Positions 13,601-42,627 of a stretch of 64,000 nucleotides of DNA are shown in pieces. A model generated the notes under the pieces. It was not told the origin of the DNA. It saw only the letters and a program-made list of their open reading frames with translations, and did not search any database. Positions within the stretch are counted from its first letter, which is position 1; every line of letters begins with the position of its first letter. This stretch comes from Antedon mediterranea (Eukaryota; Animalia; Echinodermata). The stretch covers positions 15,013,045-15,077,044 of the forward strand of contig NC_092680.1 in NCBI RefSeq assembly GCF_964355755.1, given 5' to 3'. The translations under genes and the position numbers were made by a program.

Positions 13601-16600
13601 TTGATATTTTTTGTACTTTTAAACAAAAATACCTTAAATAATTAGGTTGTCTTAGTAATGTTTTATTTACAGAAGATTTACTTTGAATTGGTGATAATGA
13701 TAATAATACTAATACTAATAATAATAATAATAATAATACTAATGTACGTAATTTATATAGATATATACATTATAACATTTGTTATTTATTTTTTTATATC
13801 AGGTGTAAATTCATTTTTATACGCTGATAAGACCATAGATAAATATGTAGCGATTGAATCTCCTAAATTTGAATACGCCAAACTATATTGTCTACAAATG
13901 TCATATATAATCAAGCAAGATTTTGGTTTGAATGCAAATTTTGGTTATGAATCGATAAAACCGGTGATGACTTCTCTTAGGAGACAAATGGCACCATCGT
14001 GGGCAAAGTACTCTCTAGAGTTTAAGCCAATACAGCCAGATGAGCAGTTCACGGTAAGTACACCTTGTTAAGATTTGCTCGTTGACAGGCCAAGTGCATT
14101 ATATATACAGTAAGAGAGCGTTCGATTTGTGGCAACCTAGTCAACATATTTATTCTTAATGCTGAAAAATCGGAATGCATGTTTGACTTTATGAGTTGTT
14201 ATGATGGATATATATTAGGCCTATACAAATTATGAATGTTTATGAGTGTAATGGTACAGATAATTGCATGAGGTGAATGCCATTATTTGTACCATTACAC
14301 GAATATAAAACATTCATTATTTGTTTTATATAACATCTAAATAAATTCCTGTAATTTGAATCAAATAAAAGTAGGCCTAGCCAAAAATGTACCTCTCTCG
14401 CGAAACCAGTCATAACATTTAATTTTCGCGGCGAAAGAACAAAATAGGTGGCGCTGTTGTATTTCAAAAGCAATACATTTAGTATAAAAAAAATATTTTC
14501 CACACGCGAACAGATTTTTTTTTTACACGAAATGGAGTACTATTAAACGATCGTTTAATAGTATTGCGCTGCACTCCATGTCACCCACAATCGTCCAATC
14601 AAATGACAGAGATTTATTCAGGTGTTTTATAATACTAAATAATTACATATTATGCTTATGCTATCATTTATACAATTACAGTATTTGTATTATTATTTTG
14701 ATAGATACCAAGTCATACAAATCTTCAACTGAATGCATATATTTTTTTACATTTCCTAGATTATATTTGAAGCTGGAATAGGTAACGACAGAAATGGTTT
14801 TGTAGCAATAGATAACATCATGATCAACAAAGGACATTGTCCAGGTAAGTACAGTATTGCAGTTGTCATTACATTGACGTGACATCAATCACCGACAACA
14901 CAAGAACATTGAGTAATAACATGTTACCTGTTCTTTCAGTACCTGGTGTTGTGGATAAAATAGACTGTAACTTCGAGATGGATTGTGGGTTTTTTACTAA
15001 TATATCACTGGCTAACGGATGGCAACTGTCAAATAAAGACACTTACAAACATAAAAAGTTACCAAATATTGATAATACCTATGGATCGCCATCTGGTGAG
15101 TAATGTTTTTTAATATGAAGCTATATAAGATATATTATACAATTTAGTTGATATCTTTTAGCAGTAATGGTTCACTCATATATTTATAAAAACTTTCTAT
15201 TATAGAAATAGAGATTCAGACATTGTTACATTGTTTGTATAATTATACACTTTGATATATTTATAATTTTTTTTCTTTAATATTTTCAGGTCATTATTAT
15301 TTCATCTCATTTCGACATACCCAACCGCAGGCAGAACGAAATTTTCTTCGTACACCAGTAGTAGAGATGATTAAAACAAAAAAATGCTTACATTTTTATT
15401 ATTATATGAACTCAAACGCAGTTTCAAGTCTCAATATTTACGTCGATGATGAATCAGTTAAGCACTTTCCCGTTGATCCTATATGGTCTTATGTAGGCAA
15501 GAAAGGCAACCGGTGGAACCTCGTTCAAATAGATATTGGACACACTAAAGGAAACTACTCGGTATGTGGGTATTGAATAAGAAGAAAATACCAATAGCCT
15601 AGACAATAACGGCAAAAAACACGGCTTTGCGAAATAATATATGATCGAATTTGTTTATGTGTCAATAGTTTTAATTAAAATCTACTCAATATATGATTTG
15701 CTTTTAAGAATGATAAATTTTTGTTACTTGTTAGATTGTGTTTGAACCAAGATCCGGGGGTGAACACCACGCTGACATTGCAATTGATGATGTCTTCCTT
15801 CTGGACAAATCTTGTAGTAAAGGTAAACGGTCATTATATGCAAAGGTTATATTACAATTAAAGCTTTATTTTATAGTTATCCAACACATCATTCAAACGT
15901 ACTTTTTTAACACTTTTCTTATGATTTTTTTTTATATTATACTACATTTTTAACAATGTAAACAAAACTGAAGATTTAAATTTAAATATATTTAAATGCT
16001 GGTGACATCTCGTTCTACTTTCAGCTACTGAACTTAACATTGATTGTGACTTTGAAAGTGGCAGTTGTGGCTATACAAATATGCATACGGCAAAATTCAG
16101 TTGGACGCGAAATGGAGGAAGAACAGAAACAACAAGCACTGGGCCAATACAAGACCACACACATATGAATGAGGATAATAAAGGTATTAAATGTACTGTA
16201 GCACTAAATGCACACATTGGGGGGTATGCCTTTGTTGATTTATCTCATTATGTGATCATTCGAGTTCAAGTTATTTTTATTGTGTTTTCAAAATTTAAAA
16301 AAATGGTATAAAAACAAAATTGGTTGCTGGTTATAAGACATAAACTGGTTTAACAGTCGTTAGGATACGCTATTATAGTCTGATGTAGGTCTAAATTAGG
16401 ACTACATGAAAAATAAAAACAATAAACCACAACATGTGTGTGCTACTCTTTTTCTAAAACAGGACTATAACTGTAGAGTTTAGTGGAATTGAACATCATT
16501 TATATTATTCATTTTTTTTAAAAATAGGAAACTATATGTACATCGAAACGTCCCCTCCACGAATACCACTTGACGCTGCAGAATTATCTAGTCCACTTCT

Positions 16601-19429
16601 ACCTCCATCAACTAAGTCAAAATGTCTTCATTTTTGGTATCACATGAATGGAAAGTCAGTAGGTAGTTTAGAGGTGTACAGAGTAATGCCAATACTTAGT
16701 GAAAAGACCTTGTTGTGGTCAAAACACGGAGAACAAGGCGATCACTGGAGAAAGGCAATTGTTCCACTGAATGTTAAAAGATACTTCAAGAACGGTTCTA
16801 AAGAGATACTTGACCACTCATTGAAGGTTAGAATTCATTTAAAATAGAATTACAGAAAGTAAAATTGTTATAGGCCTATTAAAGAATCACCTGGACCTAA
16901 ATACTGTGTCAAGAAATTGAGATATAAAGCGCCTCTCAGTGCCTTTCCAACATGCGCACTAATTGGAACTAAATTAAAGGGTACTGTAACATAGGGCCTA
17001 CATTTATTTTTACATGTATTTGCAGGTGCATTTTAGAGGCATAGTTGGATTCGGATATGAAGGTGATATTGCGATTGATGACGTTAAAGTGGTCACGATG
17101 TCATGTGATCCTCATCCCAAGAGTCCACCAGTTACTGAAACTAGCTGCGACTTTGAGAATGGGGTAGAACAATGTGGATTTAAAGAAAACACCGAAATGA
17201 ACGGCAGTGGGAAGTATGATGGAAACATTGTGAATTGGACCTTCTTCAATGCGTCATTAATAGTTGGAAATCAACCAAATGATATATATGTTTCACTGTC
17301 TCAAAGTAATGTATTACTCTAAAATAATTATATTTAGTGCGTTAAGACTATCTTGTATACGAAACATGTAGGAAATATGCAACACAAACTATAGTGTTGA
17401 GAGATTTGAATACAATTTGTACACTGTACTTATGAAACTAGATGATAAAAAGTGGAAACAAAACACTAAACGTTTCAACGTATATTACTAAATACTTATA
17501 TTGAATGTTATATAAACACAAAACACTATCATACTAGCTCATGCACTCGAAAACGAAGTACTACAATGTTGCATCTGTTATGACATAAAATGCGCCAATA
17601 AAAGTAGGGCCAATACTTGATAAACTTTACTTTTACTATCAATAAACATGTATCAACGTCTTGTGGTAAAATATTATACTTATAGCAAACCAATAATACC
17701 ATAGACCTAGTTAAATAAGTAAAGTTATTTCAAATTTATATTCTTCTTCAGATCAAAGCTCTTACATCTTTACAAAAGCAGAAACATTAACAATAGGTCA
17801 ACGTGTTGGTTTAGCATCACCAGATATCTCGGCTGGTTGGCATTATTGTCTCCACTATTCGTATGTCAGTACTGGTGATTTCGTTATTGCTATCTACACA
17901 AATTCATCAGGAAAAGTGAAAGTGATTGACGCGTTATCCAGAAGACATCAGTCGACATGGAGTAAACACACAGTTAACATTCTACCTCAAGAAAAAACAT
18001 TTACGGTAAATTCAGGGTTGAATAATATTCTTTACTACCGTCATGTCAACAAAGGATAATAGAAAAACTTGGTGCATAATAAAAACAATAGCCTAATCAA
18101 TTACATGAAAATATGTGGACCTATTAGAATATTCCATTTTATTTCTAGTCTGTCTAACTTATATTCTTAGGTACTATTTGAAGGTGTTGTCGGTCGAGAA
18201 CGAACCGGTATCATGGCGCTTGATGACATTCTGATTAAAAATGGAAAATGTGCTAAAGGTTTGTAGTGCGTAAGATTACGCTTTTATTTTATAACATGGT
18301 ATTGTATGTTATATTGTTTTTATTTCAGTTATCTATTCTAAAAAGTGCCTTTTTATTTAAAGAAAGTACGGTTGTCTCAATAAGAAGAATATAACAATAT
18401 GTTCTTGAGTAATTTGGTGTTGCATACATGCCAACAGTTTATTTGTTAGTTTGTTTAGCTTCCTTTTCCTAAAACGTGCCATAGGCATAAGATAAATGTT
18501 TTTTAAATACATGCTTTTGATTGCTTACAATTGGGAGGTATTGAGCTCGACTGAACGCGGATAATAAGCCGACGTAAAAATCCAGTGTAATCAGTAGACT
18601 ACAAACAGTATCTAAATACATACAGATACAGATACAGATTCATTTATTGTCCAAAATATTAATGGAAATTACAGTGCTCATAAACCTTGGCTTGCCTAAA
18701 ATAAATAATATATAGCTTAAGAGAATAACATCCATTAATATAAATATAGGGGGGACTATCTAACAAATATGTATATAATGTGTATATATGAATATTATTC
18801 TTCTTTTTTTTGTGTCGTCCTGTCATCATATTGTTGTTGTTTATTGATTTTCCACAAATAATACATTTTATTTTCTTGATAAATCATTAAATATTTATGA
18901 ATAGGAAAAAATGAAGCAATAAGAATTAGTGAAAAATAAATCAGAAAAGAAGGTTTACCTGCCATTCACCGAGACCAGATGCTTTTTGATATTAAATTTA
19001 AAGGAAAAAAAGTTGGTTGAGATTTTAAAAACAGGTCTAAACTATTCTATAGTTTTGGCAAACTTATATTTATTTTCAATTGTAACACTACTTTTTGCAA
19101 ATATAGTTTGGTATGAAGGGATGTTATTCTCTTATATTCTCCTATATATTCCTATATATTATTTAAGTTTAAATATCATTTCATTTGAAGGACCTCAATT
19201 GCAGAAAACAACAGAATTACCAGAAGCCAATGAATTATCGTCTCATTCGACTGCAATTGCCTGTCTATCAGCATTGTTTGCAACTGCAATGCTTCTACTT
19301 GTACTATTCTTGGTCTATCATTGGAAAATGTTAAACCAACCTAAATCCTCCGGTGACACAAACCAAGAAAATGAACTGATAGAAGTGGATCAAGCGGACA
19401 TACATACTTTGACCGCTGTACAGACCTAG
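1607..19429 (+). CDS. Multi-MAM type I membrane protein, paralogue 1 (signal peptide + 8 MAM + TM + short tail; MAMDC4/MALRD1-like, no LDLa seen), 22 exons
   Basis: Approximate exons: 1607-1796, 2490-2740, 3370-3453, 4155-4309, 4538-4891, 5259-5420, 10926-11191, 11302-11383, 11879-12061, 12564-12823, 13300-13513, 13803-14052, 14760-14844, 14940-15095, 15290-15561, 15735-15822, 16025-16183, 16527-16826, 17026-17305, 17751-18005, 18171-18258, 19191-19429, with GT-AG boundaries. Hydrophobic leader MSTYTVLFLLILSVL. Repeated MAM motifs C[DST]FE, GPxxDHT, GxY[LM]Y, CLxFWY, FEx...IAIDD[VI]. TM segment IACLSALFATAMLLLVLFLVY. Confidence 0.9.
2060..2480 (+). mobile_element. 5'-truncated CR1/L2-group LINE 3' end in intron 1 of paralogue 1
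   Basis: Peptide YCAALWCDF..LQVCYNNALRKIL...SASAMFV resembles the post-RT C-terminus of CR1/L2-group elements. Ends CTGAAATAAAG(TTGAA)2. Confidence 0.65.
2907..3222 (+). mobile_element. tRNA-derived SINE with Deu/Nin-like core
   Basis: A box TGGCCGAGCGG, B box GGTTCGAGGC, acceptor-like stem GAGTGAG/CTCACTC, core GGATAAGGACTATAAACCGTAGGTCC...TTAAAGAACC...GAGTAGGGGGTTACCCCGGTG, simple-repeat tail. Confidence 0.8.
5505..5600 (-). mobile_element. SINE core fragment, same family as 2907-3222
   Basis: TGTGTACACTGGACCTACGGTTTAT...TTATCCGAGAAGA is the reverse complement of the SINE core. Confidence 0.65.
6257..10457 (-). mobile_element. RTE-clade LINE (APE endonuclease + reverse transcriptase), near full length, inactivated; in intron 6 of paralogue 1
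   Basis: ORF 10185-8389: TYNTRTL, DVIGLCETK, QVYAPT, VLGDFNAKIG, NQIDFFL, SDHRMV, KAPGLD, NYRPISLLS. ORF 8408-7421: EQAGFR, FIDYEKAFDSV, RGVRQGDTISP, LRFAE (damaged FADD), YKYLG. C-terminus KWRWAGHLARRDDNRW at 6484-6276. 15-bp TSD TATTTCAAAGCAATA (6242-6256, 10494-10508). Short TAACTG-like 3' tail. Deletion/frameshift near 8400. Confidence 0.95.
6485..7420. mobile_element. Mutator-like MITE inserted in the RTE RT C-terminus
   Basis: ~150-bp TIRs (GCGATTTTTTTTTCGTACATAAGTTGGGGACCCC...) and 9-bp TSD GTCCCGCCC (6476-6484, 7421-7429). Removal restores KWRWAGHLARR. Confidence 0.9.
12325..12555. repeat. Degenerate (ACG/ACT/ACA)n trinucleotide repeat
   Basis: Reiterated CTACGA/CAACTA units just upstream of the exon 10 acceptor. 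Confidence 0.7.
14225..14635. repeat. Second copy of the palindromic repeat family, with shortened hairpin
   Basis: Shares hairpin arms with 23687 and contains, uninterrupted, the sequence split by the RTE LINE at 6256/10494. Confidence 0.7.
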
Positions 19430-19627
19430 ATTTGCTTATATTGTTATAATGTAAGCAAGTTAAACACAATTAGTTGTAGGCTTTGCTCTCTTTTAATCTT
19501 GATAATAGGCTTTCGTATTTCAAATTTTCTTAAAGTCATTTATAAGTCTATTGAAAGCTTACAAATACATTACTTGTTAAGGTCAAATTGTATTTAGTTA
19601 TCATAGTTCATGCCTTAGCAAATGTAC

Positions 19628-19633
19628 AATAAA
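19628..19633 (+). terminator. Candidate polyadenylation signal of paralogue 1
   Basis: AATAAA ~200 bp after the stop codon; common in AT-rich DNA, so weak. Confidence 0.3.
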
Positions 19634-20477
19634 GGATTACAGTTTAATTAATTCATTTTACTCAAAAATTCTTCATACATTAGTGAATGTTTATATTTTT
19701 TCAATCTATGATACGTAATAAAAATTCAAATTGGTGAAAATTAACTAGTGGTAGTATTATTACGAATGAACCTGTTAAATTAAATTACTGGTTGACAACA
19801 TTAATCGACAATCTGCCTGCCGACCAAAACTTTAGCCTGCCGAACATTTTGACCGATAGAAAATTGACCGACTGAGACACAATCGAACATTTTGCGTACG
19901 TACTGAAATTGTTATATATTACAAAGATAGGCCTACCTTCATATATGTCAACTAGTACTGTGTTGACTCATTCGTTCGACATTCTTGTACCGCCATTACA
20001 ATGAGGTACATGTTTCTTTGTTGGTCTCAACAAGTATCAGCATACCATGCAAAACAGCCATTCATACACTCGAACAACGGGAATTCAACGCTAACAAGAC
20101 GTGTGTTAAACCGGGTTCTCCACCATATTATTATTTCGGCCAATAGTTTTCTGACGAAAACAACACTACATTCATTTGTTTTCATTCTTTTATCTACAAT
20201 ACTGCTGGCTTGTTACCAATAACACACATACGTACACCGTACTCCTAATGGACACACGAGTACAAACCCTTCTTCCTATGCCCGTTTATGTATTAGGAAT
20301 TGTGTAAGTATAACGGAGTGTAACCGCTATCACAAGACAATGCTGACTGAATATATTTCTTACTTAAATAATCGTCTAAATGTACTTATTGTAAAAGATT
20401 AATTTTTAACTGACCTAATACTTTACCTAATATAATTTTCAAACTTATATCATAGAAATGAAATACTTAATGCTTAA

Positions 20478-20822
20478 AGATGTATTGTCCCCCAAAAAAC
20501 ATGAAAAATGAAGATAAATCAGACTTTAAATATGTTATTTTGTAGTTTTAATAAAGTTAATCACTTCCGTAGAAAACACGAAAACAAATAATGTTTTCGC
20601 TTATAAAATGACAAAATAAATGATTAAATTCAACCAAAACCCACTGGCTGGCAGCCAATTTGACTATCTTTTGCTTTAAATTACATTTTTTTCAGATAAA
20701 TAATTTTTTTTTCGATCCAATTTTTGGTCAAAGTGGATAACTATTATGTTACATTAAAATGGCATATTATATTCAAAAAATGTTTTGTTAAGAATAATTT
20801 TTTCAGGGGGACAATATATATT
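20478..20822. mobile_element. Second copy of the TTAA-flanked MITE
   Basis: TTAA|AGATGTATTGTCCCCC ... GGGGACAATATAT; colinear with 669-998. Confidence 0.7.
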
Positions 20823-22014
20823 TATTACTGTAGTGTTACTATGCCGGATATAAAAATAACGTGATTGTTAAAGTCTGTTTAATTATCGTTTTAATTCTTC
20901 TCAACTAAACAATATGCTGTTATAATATTTTGATACCATTTCTAAAAGCACATCTATTGTCACTTTTAATTGACAAACTGTGCTTTTGGTTTCCACTTCA
21001 GAGACTGTTTCGGTAACCGATGACTCAATTGACGGTTCCTCAATGTGTAACAAAAGTGTTCTAATCTATATAGCATTACTAGTAGTAAATCATAATTAAC
21101 ATCATTACTATACCGATTGGATGGTTTTATGTGTAATCTATGAGACCAGTTGTTTGGAGTTTAGTTATTTTACTGGTTTACAATTCATGAACTCTATATA
21201 TCTCATTACTAAATTGAAAACAAATGAAACTATTTTACACACATAATTAGAATTTTACTCCTTCTTTCTTACTGCCTCATCATGCGCCACAAATGCCTCA
21301 TTTTTATTTAAAACGCGCACCTTAAATTGTACTATAGATTACACTAATACCATTTTTCGTTGTAAATGTTTGGAGCTAACTATTTTGAAACTCCAGAGTC
21401 TTCTTCCTTTAGTTAGGCTATAATATTTCAAAGAAGCTTTATAATGGCCTACATTGCAAGGCCATATGACGCATATACATACATTCTTTCAAAATGAGTT
21501 CAGTTCCCATATGCATTCCAGTACAGGAAATAATATAATGTCGATTTATAATGTATATAATTTCAAGTATTATCCGCTGAGCCTTTCAAGAATTACCGCA
21601 AACCGTCTCACAGCTTTTGGGTCAAAGGATCTTTGTTGTAATTCTATAGAACTATTGACTAAGTGCCAAATTTGTATTTTTTTATAATAAAGAAAAAAAA
21701 TGGTAGTACACGAAGCAATCTGTAAAATCGGGTGAAAGTTTTAGTATTCATTTATAACATCCCACTTTTAACATACAGTACATCTAGAAGTATCCTTAAT
21801 CGCAAAACACAGTTTTTCTTGGATAAGGGTAGATGTTTTCTTGAAATACTATAACCATTGTCTGTCAAGTATGTGCCCAGTCTTAGCATTATCACCAGTT
21901 CCAAAAATGTGCAGCATTTAGTTATGTATGACAGTCGAGGTTACGAACAGAAATACCATATATTATGTTTCGCATATAAAATAATAATTAACAAAATTCG
22001 TTGCTCAATGATGT

Positions 22015-22720
22015 TCAGAGACCTATGACTAGGCCCTTAAAGATAGAGATATCGATCCATTGATTCTTATAATGACCTACTCGTCCCGAATGATGAACTG
22101 GGTTCATTAAACTGTACACATGTAAACTGTGTTCACTGGACCTACTGTACGGTTTATGAGCAATTTTATTGAATCTTTTGTTATTAACAATAGGCATCAA
22201 GACGTCCTTACGTTTCATCACGGTATCGATAGGACTGATGATGCTTGCAAATATTCCGGAGTTATTCGTTTTCCAAAGGCCTTTTCTGTACTCGATGTGG
22301 GGATCCGTTATTATCTCATTGAAGAGCCTTTCCATAAGTTTAAAGCCAGTTTAAAACAATTTTATAGATGTTTAATATTGCTCTAGATTTTTTTCGACTT
22401 CAAAGTCTATTTTTAATCTAATTTTTAAATACAAGTATCTATTTTTATAAATCAATCTCTAATGTACAATAATCCTTTTTTTTTATTATATAAGCATCTA
22501 TATTTATAATCTATCTCTAATATAATTTTTACACAGTATTTTATCTGTTTTATGTTTTGTTTTCTTTTGAAATAAATAAATAAATATAATCTTTATCTGC
22601 AAAAGACCACCATCACCAGAACTAGGAGCGTTGCGGCCTTGAACCCACGCCGTTATTGTTGGATCTTTAGGTACGGTAAACGGCGCCCCTGCCTTAACCG
22701 CTCGGCAATTTGACTCGCTT
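22015..22720 (-). mobile_element. Old SINE copy, head (22590-22720) and core (22015-22160) separated by ~430 bp
   Basis: CCTTAACCGCTCGGC and CCTTGAACCC are the reverse-complement A and B boxes; CCTACTCGTC and ACTGGACCTA..CGGTTTAT are core matches. Confidence 0.55.
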
Positions 22721-23230
22721 TACACATAACCAAGAAAGAACAAGTTAACTTTAACGATTTTAATAAAAAAAAAACAACAAACACTGAGGTGAAAGAAAGG
22801 AAGCATTTTCTCAAGAATCTAAAGTATACCCAGTATAATGATCGACCTAATTAAAAATAATAATAAAAGTGATTGAAAATTATTATTTACTGTGTAGCCG
22901 ACAAAAATTGACCCTTTTTAGCAGGTTGGTCAATAACCTAGGCCTACAGTAAAAGAAACAAAGATAGTAATAAGGATGTTAGCGCATTGTGGATTTAAAA
23001 AAGATATCAGCTGCTGCAACCACAAGAAGTTATTAAAATGCGGAAATATTCCCAGATGTATTTTTATTGTCACTATCACATTTTCTTGAAAAGATTCCTA
23101 AATTATATTCCAAGAAAACATGATACTACCGGCCCCACGGTATTATAATATACACTATTTTAATAATACCGACAACAGATAAATAACCATGCTGATGTAC
23201 TATGCCTGTACATAATAAAAGAAGTCAAAG

Positions 23231-39681
<16,451 letters not shown>

Positions 39682-42627
39682 CATTAATATCTGACTAACA
39701 AATATCATTTTACGTCATTATTATTATTAGTAAACACATTTTTATGATGTATCTCCATAATATAATAATATAAATAATATATAGTATTATTTGTCCATCT
39801 ATAAACTGACTGATATTTTATATCATTATTATTAATTATAAACAAACATCTGTTTTGTTTGTTTGTATGACTTACGCAAATAATGTAATAATAGAAATAA
39901 TAATTATATAGGCCTATATATTTTGTATACATTTGTCTATGTAAATGTATGAACTGACGCATGTAATAAGGTTATAAATATGGTTAAATAACTAAAAATT
40001 CTGACCATTTCAACTATGGCGCAGATTTGGCGTTTCTTATAAGTATAACAATACAAACTTATTAAAGTCGATGGCTTATTCGGCAATATTCGTCTAAACC
40101 GTTTTATCCTTGTGCTCGTTCCGTTTTTTTTTTACCAAAAAATGAGTAAAATCAGTATTTTACATATACAAGCTCTAAAATTTCTTTTTGATATCCACTC
40201 CCATATAGTTAGGGCAATTTTTAAAAGTTGTTTGAAAAAAATCAAGCATAAAAAAATAATATATATATGTGTTATTCATTAAAATAAAAACAAATTACAA
40301 AAAAATGGAAAAAATTATTTTCCATACATTTTTTAAAATAATGACTCAAATGACTTTTAATGATAATCAATGTGTAGGCCTAGTATGATTCGTCAGCTTT
40401 ACATTGAGTCTAATTCCAAAAAAATTGATACATTTTATCAAAAAAATACTGCTGTGTCATAAAATAAAGATATTGGTAAAATTGCGTGAAAAACTAGGTT
40501 ATTGACCTCTATCCCGAAAGTGCATCACCAGAATCACTTAAGAATTGGGTTTTCAGATACGGTACACCGGTAGTACACTGTAAGAATTCTTAGAATTTAA
40601 TTGTTATACTTCAAACTTGATCGCTTATATTCCTTTATCCAAGAAGAATGACTAATGACATATTTGGGTACATTAAATAAGTCAAAAATTGATTACACAT
40701 ACTGATTTTGAAAAATTGAAATTACTCAACCACATGGCCTGTGTACTAAACATACGATGGCGTCTACTTAGAATATATCTCCAGATTTGAACGGATATTG
40801 AATCCGTCCCAAAAGCTGAACCAAGCTTAATCCTTCAGAAAAGAAAGAAAGATTAATAATCTAATAAATACCCACTAAGTTTTTATCAAGATTTCGTGCT
40901 AATGGAGAAAAGTGCCAGATTCCCTTTGAAACCAAACAAATAAATCCTCCAGCTGCCCTTTTTTCTTGATTAAGCTATGTCGTCATTTTCTGGGCTATAT
41001 ATACCAAAATTTCGTCGCGGGAGTAATCTTCCATTAGGAATATCAATTTCCAATTATAGAAAGACATAATTTAACCGGGATGATGGAAATTGCAGCAGAT
41101 TTGTAAATGTATTCCCATGCAAAATGGTTTCCGCGAAGTGAAAATGGAAGCGGAAGTGACTATAAATTGGCGATGCTCAGTTAAAATACAGCATTTTAAC
41201 GGCTAAAAATGAACACTTTGCTGCCCGACTGGTAGACTTGCTCCAAGTTTGTATTCATTGTCGTTTTTGTGTTAGTCCACCAGTCGACGTTTCGATTTTT
41301 GTATGGAAATATCCGAGCTCAAGTATTGTACGTATGAAACGCCATATGTTCAAAAATATTTTTCTTTTACTAAAATTAAAACAAAATTCCTTCTGGAACC
41401 CAGACTACACGACCGACGAAAAACATTAGCTTAACTATTTTCTTGGGTAGATTGGTACTTCCCATCAAACATGTAGCCAAGTCATGGTCATCAAACTTAA
41501 CTGCTGATACTATACATTTAGAAATTACCATCATTATTCTGCTTACATTGTCTATTTGCTGCTTAAACTTTTAGTTTTAGAGCCAATATTTTTTTGAAGC
41601 TCTAAAATACTTGTATCATCTTCAAGGCAATCATGATGCATAGGTCAGCGTCCTTTCCAAACTGGTTAATTTCCCATAATGTGTTCTAGTACAGGATATA
41701 GTAGCATTATCTATTGAGTTCTTTATTTCAACCATAATCTTTTGAAGACTATTTCAGACAAAAAGCAGAGTCCAAGAATTACCGCAATATTACTGTTTTA
41801 TGGCTTTGTATAGCATAGGGAAGGTTATTTTATTTTTGAAAATTCGAGTCAATTCTATATCGTTTAAATCTTCTCTCTGTTTTTGGCTGTATTATTAGGT
41901 GATCATTTAGAATAAAATGATCACCTATTGTTATTGTGTGAAATCTTTATTATTCTTGATGATAAGAATGATCACCTATAATTCGTCAAATTGACAAATT
42001 AAATTCTAGTTATTATTATTATATTATTATTGTTATAAACGTTACTGTATGTTGATCATTTATGGCACAATTTATACTTCGTTTTACGAGGAAATTTAAA
42101 TATTCATGACTTTATTGTTTGCTTTTTGACTAGGTAAATTTTGACCATGAACTGGGGTCATTGTTTTGTTGTGTCTCTATTATTATGCATAATTGAAAGT
42201 TGGTTGCACTGAGTTTTATATTATTACTGATTCCATTGTGGATATCAAATCCAGATCTGCAGGTAGGTAGTCCGGTAATCCCAATCTGTCTAACGTTGTG
42301 GATACACCACTCTTATAAAAGTAAGTACGCTTTGTCACACCCAATGATATTATTTTCTTTTTTGAATTATAGACATAGACTGGGATGAATATATAACACA
42401 GTTAGGCAGACTCTATCAAACCCCCTTGGTAAGTGGATGGCCACCGAGCTTAAGTACTTGGTATACGCTGCGCGCGCGTAGTCTCTGTTGCGCCACTTAT
42501 GCCATTATACGATTTATTCTACTGCGCAAACGACTTTTTATTATTATTTTTGTCTACTTTATACTAGGTATTTACAAACTAGCCTATACGTCGCAGTCCA
42601 GCATTGACGTCGGGTCTTTCCAAAACG

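Noticed and set aside
22015-22386. ORFs of 61-106 aa in the spacer between paralogues 1 and 2
   Set aside because: No recognisable domain; they overlap decayed SINE and other repeat sequence.
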